Shown one piece after another: positions 1-10,647 of a DNA stretch of 64,000 bases. The DNA is from an uncultured Acidobacteriaceae bacterium. GTDB lineage: Bacteria > Acidobacteriota > Terriglobia > Terriglobales > Acidobacteriaceae. The DNA is taken from contig CAVTUP010000028.1 of the NCBI GenBank assembly GCA_963737915.1, positions 15,634 through 79,633 of the forward strand. The letters run 5' to 3'. A program made the position numbers and the translations under genes. How positions within the stretch are numbered: the stretch's first letter is position 1; each line of letters begins with the position of its first letter. Under the pieces are notes generated by a model. It saw only the letters and a list, made by a program, of their open reading frames with translations, searched no databases and was not told the DNA's origin.

Positions 1-152
1 GCCTCGCGCTGCTTAAACACGCCCTGTAGTCTGAAAAAGAGCGTTGTTTCATACAGACTGCTGTAGTAGCTTGAACGCGCTCAAACTCCGGTCTTGCCGG
101 CGGATGGTTGTAGAATAGCCGTTGGCATTCTGCACTTTGCGGGGGAACAGCA

Positions 153-737
153 ATGGCATCGTTCATGGACGGCAATCCAGCACTCAAAGGACTCTCGGCC
201 GACCTCAAGCGCCGCATGGACCAGGCGGTCACCGCCTTCCAGGCGAACCTGGCCTCTATCCGCACCGGCCGCGCAAGCGTACACATGCTCGACTCGATCA
301 AGGTGGACTACTACGGCACCCACACGCCGATCAGCCAGCTTGCGCAAGTGTCGGCTCCCGAGGCTCAGCTGATCGTGATCTCGCCCTGGGACCCAACCAT
401 CCTGAAGGAGATTGAGAAGGCCATCCAAACCTCGGACCTGGGGTTTAATCCGCAGTCTGACGGCAAGATCATCCGCGTTCCCGTTCCACCCATGACAGAG
501 GAGCGTCGCCGCGACGTAGTCAAGCACCTCAACCGTGTGCTCGAAGAGCAGCGGACCGCAGTTCGTAATGTACGCCGAGATGGAAACGATGCGTTGAAGA
601 AGCTCGCCAAGGACAAGAAGATCGGCGAAGACGAAGAGAAGCGCGCCCTCGAAGAAGTCCAGAAGATGACTGACGAGGAAATTCGCCGCATGGAAGAACT
701 CTCGCGCAAGAAGGAAGCCGAAGTGATGCAGGTCTGA
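153..737 (+). CDS. frr: ribosome recycling factor
   Basis: 194-aa ORF, collinear by eye with the RRF family (SIRTGRASVHMLDSIKVDYYG, VPVPPMTEERRRDVVK, charged C-terminal helix). Confidence 0.95.
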   Translation: MASFMDGNPALKGLSADLKRRMDQAVTAFQANLASIRTGRASVHMLDSIKVDYYGTHTPISQLAQVSAPEAQLIVISPWDPTILKEIEKAIQTSDLGFNPQSDGKIIRVPVPPMTEERRRDVVKHLNRVLEEQRTAVRNVRRDGNDALKKLAKDKKIGEDEEKRALEEVQKMTDEEIRRMEELSRKKEAEVMQV

Positions 738-801
738 CCAACGGGTTCTCCTTGTTCCCAACTTGATTGCCTGCGCAATTCGCGGCGGGCTTACTCTGCC
801 T

Positions 802-2391
802 ATGACTTCCCCCGAATTGCCGGTTGCAGATTCTCGATCGTCAGCGTCTCCACCTCAAAGCGGGAGACGCCTGTCGCTGCGAGCTTCTCTGCTCACGCTA
901 GCCATCATGGCAGTCTACGCGGTCGTCATGGCGTCGACGAATGGCAGCATTACGATGCTCGACGACGAGAGCAAGATCATAACGATTGCGGGTCATCCTG
1001 TGTTACCGACCCTCAAGCTCTTTGTCTCAGGGCGGGGCCAGCACGAACACCCACCAGTCTCAGATATTTTGCTCCATCTCTGGCTTGAGGCAACGCACTA
1101 CTCATTCTTTGCACTTCGTATCTTTGCGAACCTGTTCTTCATCGCGGCCGTCTTCTATATCGCCCGGGCTGCGGAGACGATCGCAGGAAAGAGCGCGTAT
1201 TGGACGACGTTGATCCTGGGCTTCGTCTGGCCGTTCGCGTTTCAGTATGGGCGCATGAGCGGCTGGTATTGCGTCTGCGCCTTTCTTATTTCCTGGGTGA
1301 CATCGATCTATCTGCAGCTACAACGGGAAGATGGTTGGCGGTCCTGGATTGCTTTTGCCGTTGCGAGCGTGCTGCTGCTTTGGTCCAACTACTTTGGCGT
1401 GGTCATTCTCGCTTTGCTCCTGGTCGACTTGTTCGTCTTTCATCGAGACCTGGCGGCAAGACGAACCCGGTCGCTGATCACGGTTGCTGCCGTTATCGTG
1501 CTCAGTTTTTTGCCACTTGTGGGGATCGCACTTCGAAAGCTTACAGCCCACACAGCTCCCGCAGGCAGCGGCCTCGATATCAAGGGTGCGATTGCGGCAG
1601 GCGGATATCCCATTTTTTCCATATTCGCCTCGGCCGCCGTTGCCCCATGGTTTCTGCCGCTCAGCATTCCCATCGTGTTAGCGGCTATCGCGTTGGTTTG
1701 GGCAATCTGGGTCAGTCCAGGGCGAAGGTGGCTTGTTTACTTCCTGGTGTCGATGGCTCTTCTCGCCCTTAGCGCGCACATCAACATCAAGCGCGTCATC
1801 TTTCTGGTTCCCTGGCTGTTTCTGGCGATCGGATTGGCAGCATGCAGCAAGGCCTCCCGATATCCGCGGATGGCGATAGGCGCAGCCGGTGTGCTGATCG
1901 TGGCCGGCTGGCTGGCCATCGCATCTGGCAAGCACTACGCCACTACGAATCTGCACGAGCCCTGGGGAAGGGTCGCGGAGGTTGTAGCTCAGGACGCCCG
2001 GAATGGCGCAATGGTCGTCAGCGAGAATTATCCCTTTTTCTTTTATCTGGACTACAAACTGGGTCTGGGAGCGGAGACCGCGCAGTCGATCGGACCATAT
2101 TTAGGCGAGGAGATCTATCGTTCTCACGGGTATACCATTCGTATGCCTGACAAGTGGAAGACGTGGGCCGATCAACTCCACGGCAAAATCGTGATCGTGA
2201 ACGGCTCCGCCCTCAAAGAGCAGGTTGATGAGGAGAATGCCCTCAACGATGTTCTCAAGGTGCGCTGCAAAACCCTGGGTGCTTATCGGGCCGCTCCTGA
2301 TCCTGCCGCCGAATGGAAACAGCGATTCGCGAAGAGTGTCGCGGTGCTTCCTTATCGAACCGAAGTTATCTGGTATGACTGCCCTCAATAG
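802..2391 (+). CDS. polytopic membrane protein, probable GT39/ArnT-PMT-like glycosyltransferase
   Basis: ORF 763..2391 has more than 10 hydrophobic helices, an Asp-Glu pair (MLDDES) in the loop after TM1 and a soluble C-terminal domain. ATG at 802 preferred over the alternative start at 763. Family call rests on architecture only. Confidence 0.6.
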   Translation: MTSPELPVADSRSSASPPQSGRRLSLRASLLTLAIMAVYAVVMASTNGSITMLDDESKIITIAGHPVLPTLKLFVSGRGQHEHPPVSDILLHLWLEATHYSFFALRIFANLFFIAAVFYIARAAETIAGKSAYWTTLILGFVWPFAFQYGRMSGWYCVCAFLISWVTSIYLQLQREDGWRSWIAFAVASVLLLWSNYFGVVILALLLVDLFVFHRDLAARRTRSLITVAAVIVLSFLPLVGIALRKLTAHTAPAGSGLDIKGAIAAGGYPIFSIFASAAVAPWFLPLSIPIVLAAIALVWAIWVSPGRRWLVYFLVSMALLALSAHINIKRVIFLVPWLFLAIGLAACSKASRYPRMAIGAAGVLIVAGWLAIASGKHYATTNLHEPWGRVAEVVAQDARNGAMVVSENYPFFFYLDYKLGLGAETAQSIGPYLGEEIYRSHGYTIRMPDKWKTWADQLHGKIVIVNGSALKEQVDEENALNDVLKVRCKTLGAYRAAPDPAAEWKQRFAKSVAVLPYRTEVIWYDCPQ

Positions 2392-2443
2392 GCGTCATTA
2401 GAAATTGATCATGAATGGTGGTCTTTTACCGTAGGGGGGCCGC

Positions 2444-2983
2444 ATGGAACACGATCTGGAAAAGACAATCGCGCTGCTTTCGCGCACTCCCGCCGCTCTG
2501 GATGGGTTGCTGCGCGATCTGCCAGAGAACTGGACTCATCGCGGCGAGGGGGAGGGCACCTGGACCGTCTTCGATGTTGTTGGGCACTTGATTTACGCGG
2601 ATCGCGAGAATTGGCTACCACGTGCCAGAAAGATTCTGCAATTCGGCGAAGCGCAGCCTTTTGATCCATTCGATCGGCTGGGGCACGTTAAAGAATCCCA
2701 GGGCAAGAGCCTGTCGCAGTTGCTCGATGAATTTGCTGTGGTACGGGCGGGGTGTCTCAATGGTCTGCGGGCGTTGAATCTGAAGCCCGAGCAGGTGACC
2801 AAGCGGGGGCGCCATCCGGCTCTCGGCCCTGTAACGCTCTCGGAGTTGCTGGCCACCTGGGCCGCTCACGACATGACCCACCTGCATCAGATCTCCAGAA
2901 TTCTGGCTCACCAATACCGGGACGCAGTGGGTCCTTTTGCGGCATACCTTGGAGTGCTCCAATGCGGCGGGCATAGTTCCTGA
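2444..2983 (+). CDS. DinB-family (DinB_2-like) metal-dependent protein
   Basis: 179 aa with the four-helix DinB pattern and a His triad (VVGHLIYAD ... WAAHDMTHLHQI). Confidence 0.85.
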   Translation: MEHDLEKTIALLSRTPAALDGLLRDLPENWTHRGEGEGTWTVFDVVGHLIYADRENWLPRARKILQFGEAQPFDPFDRLGHVKESQGKSLSQLLDEFAVVRAGCLNGLRALNLKPEQVTKRGRHPALGPVTLSELLATWAAHDMTHLHQISRILAHQYRDAVGPFAAYLGVLQCGGHSS

Positions 2984-3166
2984 GCACGCGCTGATGGCTG
3001 AAACCGGAGACTGCCGTTAAGTCCTGCAAATTCGATTTGTTTCTCCAATTAGCCCGGAATTTTCACTTTTTTTTTGAGTCGGGCTAGACACCCCGAGCGG
3101 CGCAGATCCGCATCAGAAAATGACAAGAGTAAGTGTGTCCGATCATTCCCCCTACAGGATTCCCCA

Positions 3167-3484
3167 ATGGGCCAAAATACTGAGGAACCCAAGGCCCCTA
3201 TCTCGCTCGAATCGGCCGAGCTGGAGTTTCGCCTTGAGTCAACCAGAGAGCGGCTAAGACAAGCCGGCTTTCAACTCGTAGAACTCGCGAGAATGTTGCT
3301 CGCCCCGACTCCGCCAGCGCTCCCCGCAAGCGATCGCTCGGTGTTTAAAGAGCTTGTCCTGACGCAGACAATTGCCGATGTGCAGGATGCTGCCCGCGAG
3401 CTTCACAAAGCGCATGAAATCGCTACGCAACGCGGAACGGCAATGCAACGAGAAGAAAGCAACACCCCAGGAACTCGCAGGTAA
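3167..3484 (+). CDS. hypothetical protein
   Basis: ATG-initiated part of ORF 3074..3484. No recognisable motif and a weak RBS. Kept only because no competing gene covers the region. Confidence 0.3.
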   Translation: MGQNTEEPKAPISLESAELEFRLESTRERLRQAGFQLVELARMLLAPTPPALPASDRSVFKELVLTQTIADVQDAARELHKAHEIATQRGTAMQREESNTPGTRR

Positions 3485-3555
3485 CTTCGCGAAGGCTGAC
3501 GATGTAATTTGCGTCCTGCGATACGTGTGTGAGCTTACTGCGCCAATTTTCCCCG

Positions 3556-4710
3556 TTATTTCTTCGGTCGCTTGTAGAAGGGGACCGGCACCTGTTTGGC
3601 TCGAACACGATTACCGCGCACGTCAACGAGCACGTCCTCGCCTGCGGTGGCCACGTTCGCGGGGACCAGCGCCATGGCAATGTTTGTCTTTAGAAAAGGT
3701 GCTGGTGAGCCGGACGTAACCTGGCCGATCGCTTCTCCAGCGAGCGAAAGCACGGAGTACCCGTCGCGTGCGATGCCGCGCTCGACCATTTCGAGCCCGA
3801 TGACTTTTCGCTTCGGCCCGCCGCCTGCCTGTACAGCCGTCAAAGCTTCGCGTCCGATGAATTCCCCTTTGTCCAGCTTGAGCCAGTGAGTCAGGCCGGC
3901 CTCGAGGACGTTGATTTCATCGGAGATCTCGTGCCCGTAGAGGCTCATACCCGCCTCAAGTCGCAACGTGTTGCGCGCTCCGAGGCCGCAAGGCCGGATG
4001 CCAAACTCAGCGCCAGCCTCAAGCAGTGCATTCCACATCTTTATAGTGGTCGGCTCGTCGCTGGGGATGTAAACCTCAAAGCCGTCTTCGCCCGAATAGC
4101 CGGTGCGCGCGATCATCACGTTGGAGACGCCCGCCACCTGGCCCCAGGTGAACCAGTAATTCTTGATGGTGTTCAGATCCACCTTGGTCAGCTTTTGCAG
4201 CGTCTGCTGCGCGAGCGGTCCCTGGAGGGCGAGTTGCGAATAGTAGCTGGAGTAGTCGCTGAGGTGGATGCCTGGCCGGGAACCGACCTGCTGGCGAATC
4301 CAGGCGTAGTCCTTGTCTTTTGTACCTGCGTTGACCACCAGCAGGTAGTCGTTCTCGCTCAGCCGGTGGACAAGGATGTCGTCGACAAACGTGCCCTCAG
4401 GCGTCAGCAGCGCGGAGTAATGCGCCTGCCCATCTTTAAGCCGCGAAGCATCGTTCATGGTGATGTGCTGCACGGCGGCAAGCGCGCCCGGCCCGCGAAA
4501 CTGAATCTCGCCCATGTGGCTCACGTCGAAAAGGCCCACAGCCGTGCGCACAGCCATGTGTTCCGCAATTAGCCCCCCGCCGGGGCAAGGATACTCGACC
4601 GGCATATCCCATCCGCCAAAATCGACCATCTTGGCCTTGAGCGCGCGATGTGTTGCGTTGAGAGCTGTCTTCTTCAATGCGGGAGCAACCGGTGCTGCGG
4701 GGGATGCCAT
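3556..4710 (-). CDS. gcvT: glycine cleavage system aminomethyltransferase (T protein)
   Basis: Family motifs [35 protein letters not shown] at 4710 is preceded by AAGGAA, so it is preferred over the ORF-track start at 4734. Confidence 0.95.
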   Translation of the reverse strand: MASPAAPVAPALKKTALNATHRALKAKMVDFGGWDMPVEYPCPGGGLIAEHMAVRTAVGLFDVSHMGEIQFRGPGALAAVQHITMNDASRLKDGQAHYSALLTPEGTFVDDILVHRLSENDYLLVVNAGTKDKDYAWIRQQVGSRPGIHLSDYSSYYSQLALQGPLAQQTLQKLTKVDLNTIKNYWFTWGQVAGVSNVMIARTGYSGEDGFEVYIPSDEPTTIKMWNALLEAGAEFGIRPCGLGARNTLRLEAGMSLYGHEISDEINVLEAGLTHWLKLDKGEFIGREALTAVQAGGGPKRKVIGLEMVERGIARDGYSVLSLAGEAIGQVTSGSPAPFLKTNIAMALVPANVATAGEDVLVDVRGNRVRAKQVPVPFYKRPKK

Positions 4711-4828
4711 GAGTATTCCTTTCGCGGTGAGCAATCTACCCTATCCACGATAGGGAGGATGCCTCCTTGGGTCAAACCGTCGCTCGATGGCACTAAAATG
4801 ATCCATTGCGCCACCGCGAGGGAGTGGG

Positions 4829-4999
4829 ATGAATCCGTTTCGGGGAATCGTGATGATCCTGGCCGGCTGCATTGCCTTTTATCGCGGATGGCAGATTCAC
4901 ACTGGCTACTACGCCTGGCTGGCCTACGGATTGGGGACGGTTGCCCTGGCTTTGGGCGTCTGGCATTTTGTGAGGAATCGTCCTGCACCGCGTGACTGA
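4829..4999 (+). CDS. small two-TM membrane protein (56 aa), below the ORF-track size cutoff
   Basis: My translation: MNPFRGIVMILAGCIAFYRGWQIHTGYYAWLAYGLGTVALALGVWHFVRNRPAPRD. Two clear hydrophobic helices and a positively charged tail. GAGGGAG lies 4 nt upstream of the ATG. It sits in the 367-bp gap between gcvT and the DUF2339 gene. Confidence 0.4.
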   Translation: MNPFRGIVMILAGCIAFYRGWQIHTGYYAWLAYGLGTVALALGVWHFVRNRPAPRD

Positions 5000-5101
5000 A
5001 CAGCCTGAACCGAGGCGAATTGAAATCGTGATCCGGCGGACGAACGACGTTGCGTTCCGACCGTCCTTTCTGGAATTGCCATCCCTTGTGCTGTACAGTG
5101 A

Positions 5102-7021
5102 ATGGCGATGAATCCAAATTTTCCCGGTAGTCTTGAAGATCAGCTTGGAGAATTGCGTTTGCGCGTTCTTCGGCTGGAGCAAGCTTTGCAGGCTTACGGC
5201 ATCGTCGTTGAGAATGCAGCTCCCACGCCGCCGATTGCAACGGCGGCATCAATGGGCGTCGAGGCGGTGCCCCCTCAGGCGCCGATCTTTCCTGAGCCGC
5301 TAGCCGCAGGGTACCCTCAGCCCGCACAAGAATTGCCATCTCAACCGCCTGCCGCCCCACCCCATTTCGGCTATCCAAGTCATCAGGCATCCCCCAGAGA
5401 TCAACAATCTCTTGAGAGCCGCATCGGGTCGCAGTGGTTCAATCGCGTCGGAATATTGGCCATGCTTATCGGCGTGGCTTGGTTTCTCAAGTTGGCCTTC
5501 GATAATCACTGGATCGGTCCGCTAGGCAGAGTTTTCATCGGCCTGGTAGCGGGCGCCGGGCTTATTGCCTGGTCTGAGAGATTCGAAAAGCGCGGATTTG
5601 CGCCTTTTGCTTACTCGCTGAAAGCTGTTGGAAGCGGCACGCTGTATCTCTCGTTATGGGCTGCCTTCTCTGTCTACGCTCTTATGCCGGCATGGGCTGC
5701 CTTCGGGGCCATGATCCTCGTGACGGCATTCAACGGATACATCTCATGGTCGCGAAATGCGGAGTTGCTTGCGCTCTACGCCATTGCCGGCGGCCTCACG
5801 ACGCCCCTGCTGGTCTCAACAGGGGGCAACCATGAAGTCACGCTGTTCTCTTATCTGCTGATTTTGGATCTTGCGGTGCTGGTCCTGGTGATTCTGCGAC
5901 CGTGGTCACGGCTACTTTTCGCCGCCTTCACTGGAACGGTCATATTTATCGCGGGTTGGTGGAGCGCTTTCTACTCCGTACAGCAACTGGGACGCACCGC
6001 ATTCTTTCTGACTTGCTTCTTCCTCATCTTCGCTTTCGCTCCGCGACTGGTGCGAATCAAGGTTGACGAACACGGAACTTCCTCGCCGTGGGACACGCTG
6101 GCAATGGTCGTGATGCCCGTGTTGAACGCGGCTCTTGGATTTCTGGCGTTCTACGCGCTGCCCTCGTCGACGACCACGGAATGGGCGGGGCCTTGGATCG
6201 CCGTGGCCTTTGCCGCGTTTTACCTCGTGCTTCTGCGGCTCCCGGCGCGCGGTGCGTTGCTGGAAAGTCCCGCGTTGCTCTCGGCGTTGCATCTGGCTGC
6301 GGTAGTTGTCTTTCTCACCATCGCCATTCCACTGAAGACACAGGGCCGTTGGTTGACGATCGGCTGGCTGGTGGAGGGCGCAGCGCTGCTGTGGGTCGCG
6401 ACTCGGGTGAGGCAGGTGCTGCTGCGAATCCTGGCGTTGCTGTGCCTGGTGCTCGGCCTGTTCGCGCTACTCACGGTGAACCCGTCGGCAGCGACGACAC
6501 CGATCTTCAACGAGCGCTTTGGAACGTACTGTGTCGGTATCGCTGTCTTTGCGTTCGTGGTGTGGCTTGCCCGGAAATCTGTGAGCGAAGAAGCGATTGA
6601 GCCGATTTTGCGCTGGAACTTTCTGGCTGCGGCCGGGGTTCTAACGGTGAATATGCTCATTCTGATCGCTATCGGGTGGGAGATTCACAGCTACTGGTGG
6701 CAACGGCGCTGGAGCGGCGAATGGGCTCTCACTCACAGCCACCATATGTATGCGCACTTCAGTTATTCGGCCTTCTTCATGGCCTTTGGTGCGTTGCTGC
6801 TGAGCATCGGCTTCTGGCGGCGCTCAGCGTTCCTGCGGTGGCAGGCGCTGGTGTTGATTGCCTTCACGATTGCAAAGGTCTTTCTCTCAGACATTAGCGA
6901 ATTGAGCCAGGGATTCCGGATATTCAGCTTCCTTGGCCTGGGCGCGCTGCTGCTCGGGGTCAGCTTTGTGTATCAACGCGACTGGCTAAATCTTCGCGGC
7001 CGGGGAGAGCAGGCACCATGA
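5102..7021 (+). CDS. DUF2339-family polytopic membrane protein
   Basis: 639 aa: N-terminal coiled coil (LRLRVLRLEQAL), Pro-rich linker, then the signature RIGSQWFNRVGILAMLIGVAWFLKLAFDNHW and about 18 TM helices. Confidence 0.85.
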   Translation: MAMNPNFPGSLEDQLGELRLRVLRLEQALQAYGIVVENAAPTPPIATAASMGVEAVPPQAPIFPEPLAAGYPQPAQELPSQPPAAPPHFGYPSHQASPRDQQSLESRIGSQWFNRVGILAMLIGVAWFLKLAFDNHWIGPLGRVFIGLVAGAGLIAWSERFEKRGFAPFAYSLKAVGSGTLYLSLWAAFSVYALMPAWAAFGAMILVTAFNGYISWSRNAELLALYAIAGGLTTPLLVSTGGNHEVTLFSYLLILDLAVLVLVILRPWSRLLFAAFTGTVIFIAGWWSAFYSVQQLGRTAFFLTCFFLIFAFAPRLVRIKVDEHGTSSPWDTLAMVVMPVLNAALGFLAFYALPSSTTTEWAGPWIAVAFAAFYLVLLRLPARGALLESPALLSALHLAAVVVFLTIAIPLKTQGRWLTIGWLVEGAALLWVATRVRQVLLRILALLCLVLGLFALLTVNPSAATTPIFNERFGTYCVGIAVFAFVVWLARKSVSEEAIEPILRWNFLAAAGVLTVNMLILIAIGWEIHSYWWQRRWSGEWALTHSHHMYAHFSYSAFFMAFGALLLSIGFWRRSAFLRWQALVLIAFTIAKVFLSDISELSQGFRIFSFLGLGALLLGVSFVYQRDWLNLRGRGEQAP

Positions 7022-8278
7022 AGCACTTCGCTGCGCTCCTGCTCCTGTCTCTGGCCGTTCCCGCACCCGAGCCTCGCTACTTCGCATACGAACGCGCCAT
7101 TGAGAATCTTCCGCAGGAATCAGGACAGGCGTGTGTGACGCTGGAACCGGCGATCTTCGCTCATGCCGCGTCTCAGCTCGCTGATCTTCGCCTGTATCGC
7201 GGGACCACGGAAACGCCGTATGTCATCCAGACGTCTGCTCCTGCTGCGACCTCCCACGAGATCATTGCACCGTTGAACCTGGGCCGCCAGGCAGGCCAAA
7301 CCGTCTTTGATCTCGCAATGCCCGCGGGCAGCTACAGCGACCTGCAGCTTTCCATTGCTGGGCACGACTTCATTGCGACGGTGATCGTTTCGGGCAGCCA
7401 GGCGCAAGGCTCGGCACAGACCCGGATCGGCTCCTACACGATCTTCGACCTCACCCGGCAGAGACTTGGGCGCAGCACGGTTCTTCACCTTCCCGCGTCA
7501 GACCACAGATTTCTGCACTTCAGAATTGCAGGCGCGATCGCGCCAGAGAATGTCTCAGGGCTCTCGGTTGAGCGCCTTCCGGCGAGCGAACCGAAGTATC
7601 TGACCGTCGCCGAGTCGTCGCAAATAGTGCAGAAGGGTCGAGACTCTGTTATCGAATTCAGCGTGCCAGTCCATGTGCCTGTCGATCGCATTGTCTTTGT
7701 TCCCGGAGCAGCGCCGACCAGCTTTAGCCGCGTCGTGAGAGTGAGCGCCTCTCCTGTCTCGCAACATCCTGCCAACGATAGAACTGAGCCGCCCGCAACG
7801 GTCGCATCGTTTGGAAGCCTGTTGCGCGTGCACCGCGTGCAGGATGGTCATCGCATCGATGAAGAGAGACTCACCCTGACCTGCGCAATCGACCACCTTT
7901 GAATCGCCGACAAAATGGACAGTGGTGATTGAAAACGGAGACGACGCGCCCATTCAGCTAGGCTCCGTGCGCCTGGAGATGCTGGAACGCAATCTCTGCT
8001 TTGAGGCATCGGGTGGAGCAGCCTACACGCTCTATTACGGAGACGCCGCGCTGGCAGCACCAAGATACGACTATGCCTCGCTGTTTACTGCGCAAGTCAA
8101 TCCGGCTCGCGCCAAGGTAGGACCAGAGAAGGAAAACGCCGATTTTCAAGCTCGGCCTGACAACCGCCCCTTCACTGAGAGGCATCCGATTCTGCTCTGG
8201 ATAGCTTTGGGCCTCGTCATCTTGCTGCTGGGCACGGTAGCGCTGCGCTCGGCAAAGGTCATTCCAACACCGTCGTAG
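7018..8278 (+). pseudogene. DUF3999-family protein, frame broken (+1) between 7880 and 7902
   Basis: ORF 7018..7902 (signal peptide, beta-rich) continues in the +1 frame, which is open from 7880 (PAQSTTFESPTKWTVVIENGDDAPIQL... through a C-terminal TM anchor to 8278). The ATGA overlap with the DUF2339 gene is typical of this gene pair. Confidence 0.7.
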
Positions 8279-8310
8279 GCATCGACAGCGGAAAGAGGCG
8301 GTCTCGAATC

Positions 8311-8937
8311 ATGCCAACTCTCTACAACCTGATCCAGGGCCGCAATGTCGAGCGCCTTGCCGCGCTTAGCGATGGCATCTTTGCTGTCGCGATGACGCTG
8401 CTGGTTCTCGACCTGCACATTCCCACCGCTGAACGTGTCCATTCGGAACGCGAACTCTGCGTCGCGCTTGCAGCACTTGGGCCGCAGTGGATTGCTTATG
8501 GGATGAGCTTTCTGACATTAGGCATCTTCTGGGCCGGGCAGCAGACCCAACTCAATCACATCGCAGAAGGCACGCGCGATTTCACCTGGATTCACCTGGG
8601 GTTTCTTTTCACCATTACCTTCATGCCGCTGTCGACGCGCCTGCTCGCGGAGTTCATCACCTACCGCGTTGCGCTCGGCATCTACTGGCTGAATATTCTG
8701 CTGCCCGGCGCGATGCTCTATTGGAGTTGGACCCACGCGATGCGCGCCAACCTCATCAAGCCGGAGACCACGGACGGGGTGCGCGCCAGCATCTGCCGAC
8801 GCATTCTCATCGCACAATCGCTCTACGCGGCCGGAGCCGCACTCTGCTTCATCAGCACCTACGTCAGCATTGCCGCGATTGTGCTGGTGCAATTGAACTA
8901 TGCGATTGCGCCGCGGTTACAACGGAAGCACGGCTGA
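8311..8937 (+). CDS. TMEM175/DUF1211-family potassium channel homologue
   Basis: 208 aa, 6 TM, signature RLAALSDGIFAVAMTLLVLDL in helix 1. Confidence 0.85.
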   Translation: MPTLYNLIQGRNVERLAALSDGIFAVAMTLLVLDLHIPTAERVHSERELCVALAALGPQWIAYGMSFLTLGIFWAGQQTQLNHIAEGTRDFTWIHLGFLFTITFMPLSTRLLAEFITYRVALGIYWLNILLPGAMLYWSWTHAMRANLIKPETTDGVRASICRRILIAQSLYAAGAALCFISTYVSIAAIVLVQLNYAIAPRLQRKHG

Positions 8938-8975
8938 TTGCCGTGTGGATCTCAATCGACACGGAGTTCGTTTGA

Positions 8976-9512
8976 ATGCAGTTCACCACCAAACTCACGG
9001 AAGACGAGTACATGGCGGCCTACAGGCTGCACTGCAAGTCCCCATATCGCACGATTGCCAATGCATTTGCTTATACGCTCGCCGGCCTGTTCTGGATATT
9101 TCTCATCGCTTCGTGGATCTTCAAGGGACAGCATCCAAGCGACCCGTTTCTCGGTCAGAACGTCTCTGCGTTTCAGAAAGCACTTCTGCCCGGAGCGCTC
9201 GGCTTTTTGCTTTGGGTTCTCTTCTTTCGCGTCTACACTCCCTACGACACGCGACGCAAATTCCGGAAGACGCGGAGCTTTCAGATCGAGGTCCTCAATG
9301 AAATCAACTCAGAAGGTCTCAGGCAGAAGACTGCGGAGGGCTCCTACGGATTTTCTCGGTGGGCAGACTTCAGCCATTGGCGGGAATCAGAGCAGATGTT
9401 CATCGTGGTGTATCCCACGGGTATTTACTGCATGATTCCCAAATCTGCGGTGACCGCCGAGCAGCAAAGCGAGATCCGTAACATCCTGACCGCCGCGCTG
9501 CCGAAAAAGTGA
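8976..9512 (+). CDS. YcxB-like membrane protein
   Basis: 178 aa, two central TM helices and a YcxB-type C-terminus (WADFSHWRESEQMFIVVYPTGIYCMIPKSAV). Confidence 0.7.
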   Translation: MQFTTKLTEDEYMAAYRLHCKSPYRTIANAFAYTLAGLFWIFLIASWIFKGQHPSDPFLGQNVSAFQKALLPGALGFLLWVLFFRVYTPYDTRRKFRKTRSFQIEVLNEINSEGLRQKTAEGSYGFSRWADFSHWRESEQMFIVVYPTGIYCMIPKSAVTAEQQSEIRNILTAALPKK

Positions 9513-9535
9513 AGATTACTTTTTAAAGATGAAGG

Positions 9536-10012
9536 TTACTTTTTTCCAGCACGCCAAAAAGAAGTGACTCCGAGATATAGAAAGAGCACCACAACAATCG
9601 CGGACGAGACAAATAATCGGTGGTCGGGGCCATGTAAATAACTGAATCGGGTGCGCCAAAGCGTGGGCGTGAACACAAGCACCGGCAACAGAAAGAAGAC
9701 ACCCGAGACCTCAAGCCAAATCTTGCTCCCCACGCGTCCAAAGGGCCGCAAGAATCCGCCGACACCTTTCGCAACCCCTCGTGTTGCCTGTCCGGCAACG
9801 CGTCCACGGCTGGCAGCATCAGCAGTCGCAGGTCTTTTGAATTCATCGGACTCGGCTCCGCTGGTCGCCGTCTGCCCTTCCCCCATGATGCGTTGTCCGG
9901 CCGCGCGTCCCGCGATCCGTAGTCCGATTCCCAATACCCGTCCGATGGTTTGCGGTCTCACTTCGATATGATGGTAGCAGCGGTGGACCCCGCTTCGCTG
10001 CTTCGCAGCCAA
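9536..10012 (-). CDS. hypothetical membrane protein (Gly/Arg-rich N-terminus, two C-terminal TM helices)
   Basis: 158-aa ORF with no family recognised. Start uncertain; an alternative ATG lies at 9886. Confidence 0.45.
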   Translation of the reverse strand: MAAKQRSGVHRCYHHIEVRPQTIGRVLGIGLRIAGRAAGQRIMGEGQTATSGAESDEFKRPATADAASRGRVAGQATRGVAKGVGGFLRPFGRVGSKIWLEVSGVFFLLPVLVFTPTLWRTRFSYLHGPDHRLFVSSAIVVVLFLYLGVTSFWRAGKK

Positions 10013-10101
10013 TCGGGATGCCAGTTGCCGTCAGGGCGCCGTGGAAGTAAGGTTAATAAATCGATTGCAGCCCCGCGAATCTCCCCGCGCGCTGGCCGCC
10101 G

Positions 10102-10416
10102 TTGCCGGAGGAATACGTGACTTCACGCCTGCGCGAACTGATCCAACAACTCGGAGAGGCAATCCATGAATCCGTCATCGAGAGCGAGCAGATCGCCGGC
10201 GTGGTCCAGGACATCCGCAAGCATGGCTTCGACGTGCTCCTGATGCTCGAGGCCACCATCGGTCTGAACGAAGTCTCCAAGGAGACTGAGGACGCGGATG
10301 CTGCCGCAGAAGCCGCCGGCGGCACATTTACCAAAAACGATGTGAACTTCCTTCGCTCCCTTCGGATCTCCGTCGAAGGCGAAGAGGCGGACGACAGCGA
10401 ATCGAAGCCCGAGTAG
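10102..10416 (+). CDS. hypothetical small acidic protein
   Basis: 104-aa ORF. The in-frame GTG at 10117, just after GGAGGA, is the more likely start. Helical N-terminus and acidic tail. Confidence 0.5.
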   Translation: MPEEYVTSRLRELIQQLGEAIHESVIESEQIAGVVQDIRKHGFDVLLMLEATIGLNEVSKETEDADAAAEAAGGTFTKNDVNFLRSLRISVEGEEADDSESKPE

Positions 10417-10647
10417 GTAGCGATTCTGCTTTCGACGCCGCGCAATCCGTTTTACATTTGGACGAATCAGGCATCGAAGGAACGCCAGTAAATTGGCTGG
10501 TGAGGAGTCATCGTCTTGCATCGTCGTTTTTTCTCGCTGTCTCGGCACCCTTCGCCGTTACTATTAATTCGGCATCCGCATGAATAGGCTACTCCCTCGC
10601 TCTGATCATGTTGCTCTTGTGTACCTGCGGCTCGCTGCGCGCGCAGG

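Noticed and set aside
3050-3086. T9 run (3067-3075) flanked by AGCCCG/CGGGCT after the DinB gene, considered as a terminator.
   Set aside because: The T-run lies inside the would-be 25-nt loop rather than after a stem, so it is not a canonical intrinsic terminator.
4711-4830. Possible glycine riboswitch in the gcvT leader. Two adjacent small hairpins are visible: GGAGG-CAT-CCTCC and CCCTATC-GTG-GATAGGG.
   Set aside because: The conserved glycine-riboswitch cores (GGAGAG...CGCCGAAGG.GCAA...CTC.GGCAAAAGGAC) are not present on the gcvT strand. The hairpins are short and overlap by 2 nt. A covariance-model scan would settle it.
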